Shown piece by piece: positions 17,085-17,706 of a DNA stretch of 17,706 bases (positions within the stretch are counted from its first letter, which is position 1; each line of letters opens with the position of its first letter). The translations under genes and the position numbers were made by a program. The notes beneath the pieces are model-generated. The model was not told where the DNA came from and ran no database searches. It was given only the letters and a program-made list of their open reading frames with translations. Location of the stretch: the NCBI RefSeq assembly GCF_006345805.1, contig NW_021824722.1, positions 1 to 17,706 on the forward strand, in the 5' to 3' direction. This stretch comes from Octopus sinensis (taxonomy: Eukaryota).

Positions 17085-17236
17085 GATTTTTCCTAATTTC
17101 TTAAAATAAAAAAATAAAAAAGACGCTACATCATTTTAGCGATTGACGGACCGTGCTCAGCGTGATACATATAAGCCCGTCTGATTGCTACACTTCCCGC
17201 TCATGAAACTTGAAATGCAATCCCTGCATTCATTAC

Positions 17237-17492
17237 AGGCGCCTGGGTGGTAAGGAGATTACTTTCCAACCACATGGTTCCGGGTTAACGTGACATCTTG
17301 GGCAAGTGTCTTCTACGAAAGCGTCGGCCAGACCAAACTCTTATGAGTGGATTTGGCAAGCGGAAACTGAAACAAACCTGTCATACATACATATATGTAA
17401 GTTCTGGGCTCGATTCGTTGGACTAAAGAACAAGATTTTTCAAGTGATGTTCCAGAATGGCCGCAGTCTAGTGACTGAAACAAATAAAAGAA
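17237..17492 (+). mobile_element. SINE family A, old, internally deleted copy
   Basis: Head, CATCTTGGGCAAGTGTCTTCTAC (CORE-like), a short (CATA) tract, and the 3' end ggccgcagtctagtgactgaaacaaataaaaga. Confidence 0.75.
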
Positions 17493-17568
17493 ACTTGTTA
17501 TATATATACATATATACTTATGTATATCACACACACACACATACACACACACACATACATATATACAT

Positions 17569-17624
17569 TTGAATCCGGAACCATGCGATTGGGAAGCAAG
17601 CTTCTTACAACACAGCCACTCCTG
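17569..17624 (-). mobile_element. SINE family A head fragment
   Basis: Minus strand CAGGAGTGGCTGTGTTGTAAGAAGCTTGCTTCCC..GGTTCCGGATTCAA. Confidence 0.7.
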
Positions 17625-17706
17625 TATCTCTCTCTCACGCTCTTTCTGTCTGTCTCTCTCTCTTTCTCTCTTTCTCTCTCTCTCTTTCTCTCTTTCTCTC
17701 TTTCTC

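Overview
No host protein-coding gene, rRNA/tRNA gene or CRISPR array is supported. This is AT-rich eukaryotic intergenic or intronic DNA, packed with microsatellites and transposon remains. The SINE families and repeat content resemble Octopus/cephalopod DNA (inference from memory, not a database hit). Most ORF-track entries are translations of simple repeats. Coding remnants: three 3' ends of a Tx1/L1-clade LINE, each embedded in (GATA)n (2169-3720, -); a decayed R4/Dong-type RT-zinc knuckle-RLE retroelement between (ATAC)n tracts (~3996-5716, +); a near-intact, 5'-truncated Penelope-like element (PLE; RT plus C-terminal GIY-YIG; 8591-11530, -); a 3'-truncated mariner (13257-14171, -); and RTE-clade fragments, one with a 5' inversion (14395-14939). 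The most notable signal is a series of type I hammerhead ribozyme motifs, all on the minus strand and each ~35-60 nt upstream of an (AT)n tract. One lies in the PLE 3' region, two more in unrelated short non-coding units, and further copies are degenerate. They are interleaved with three fold-back inverted repeats (11.6-13.1 kb). Several tRNA-derived SINEs and a TIR element flanked by ~43-bp direct repeats are also present.
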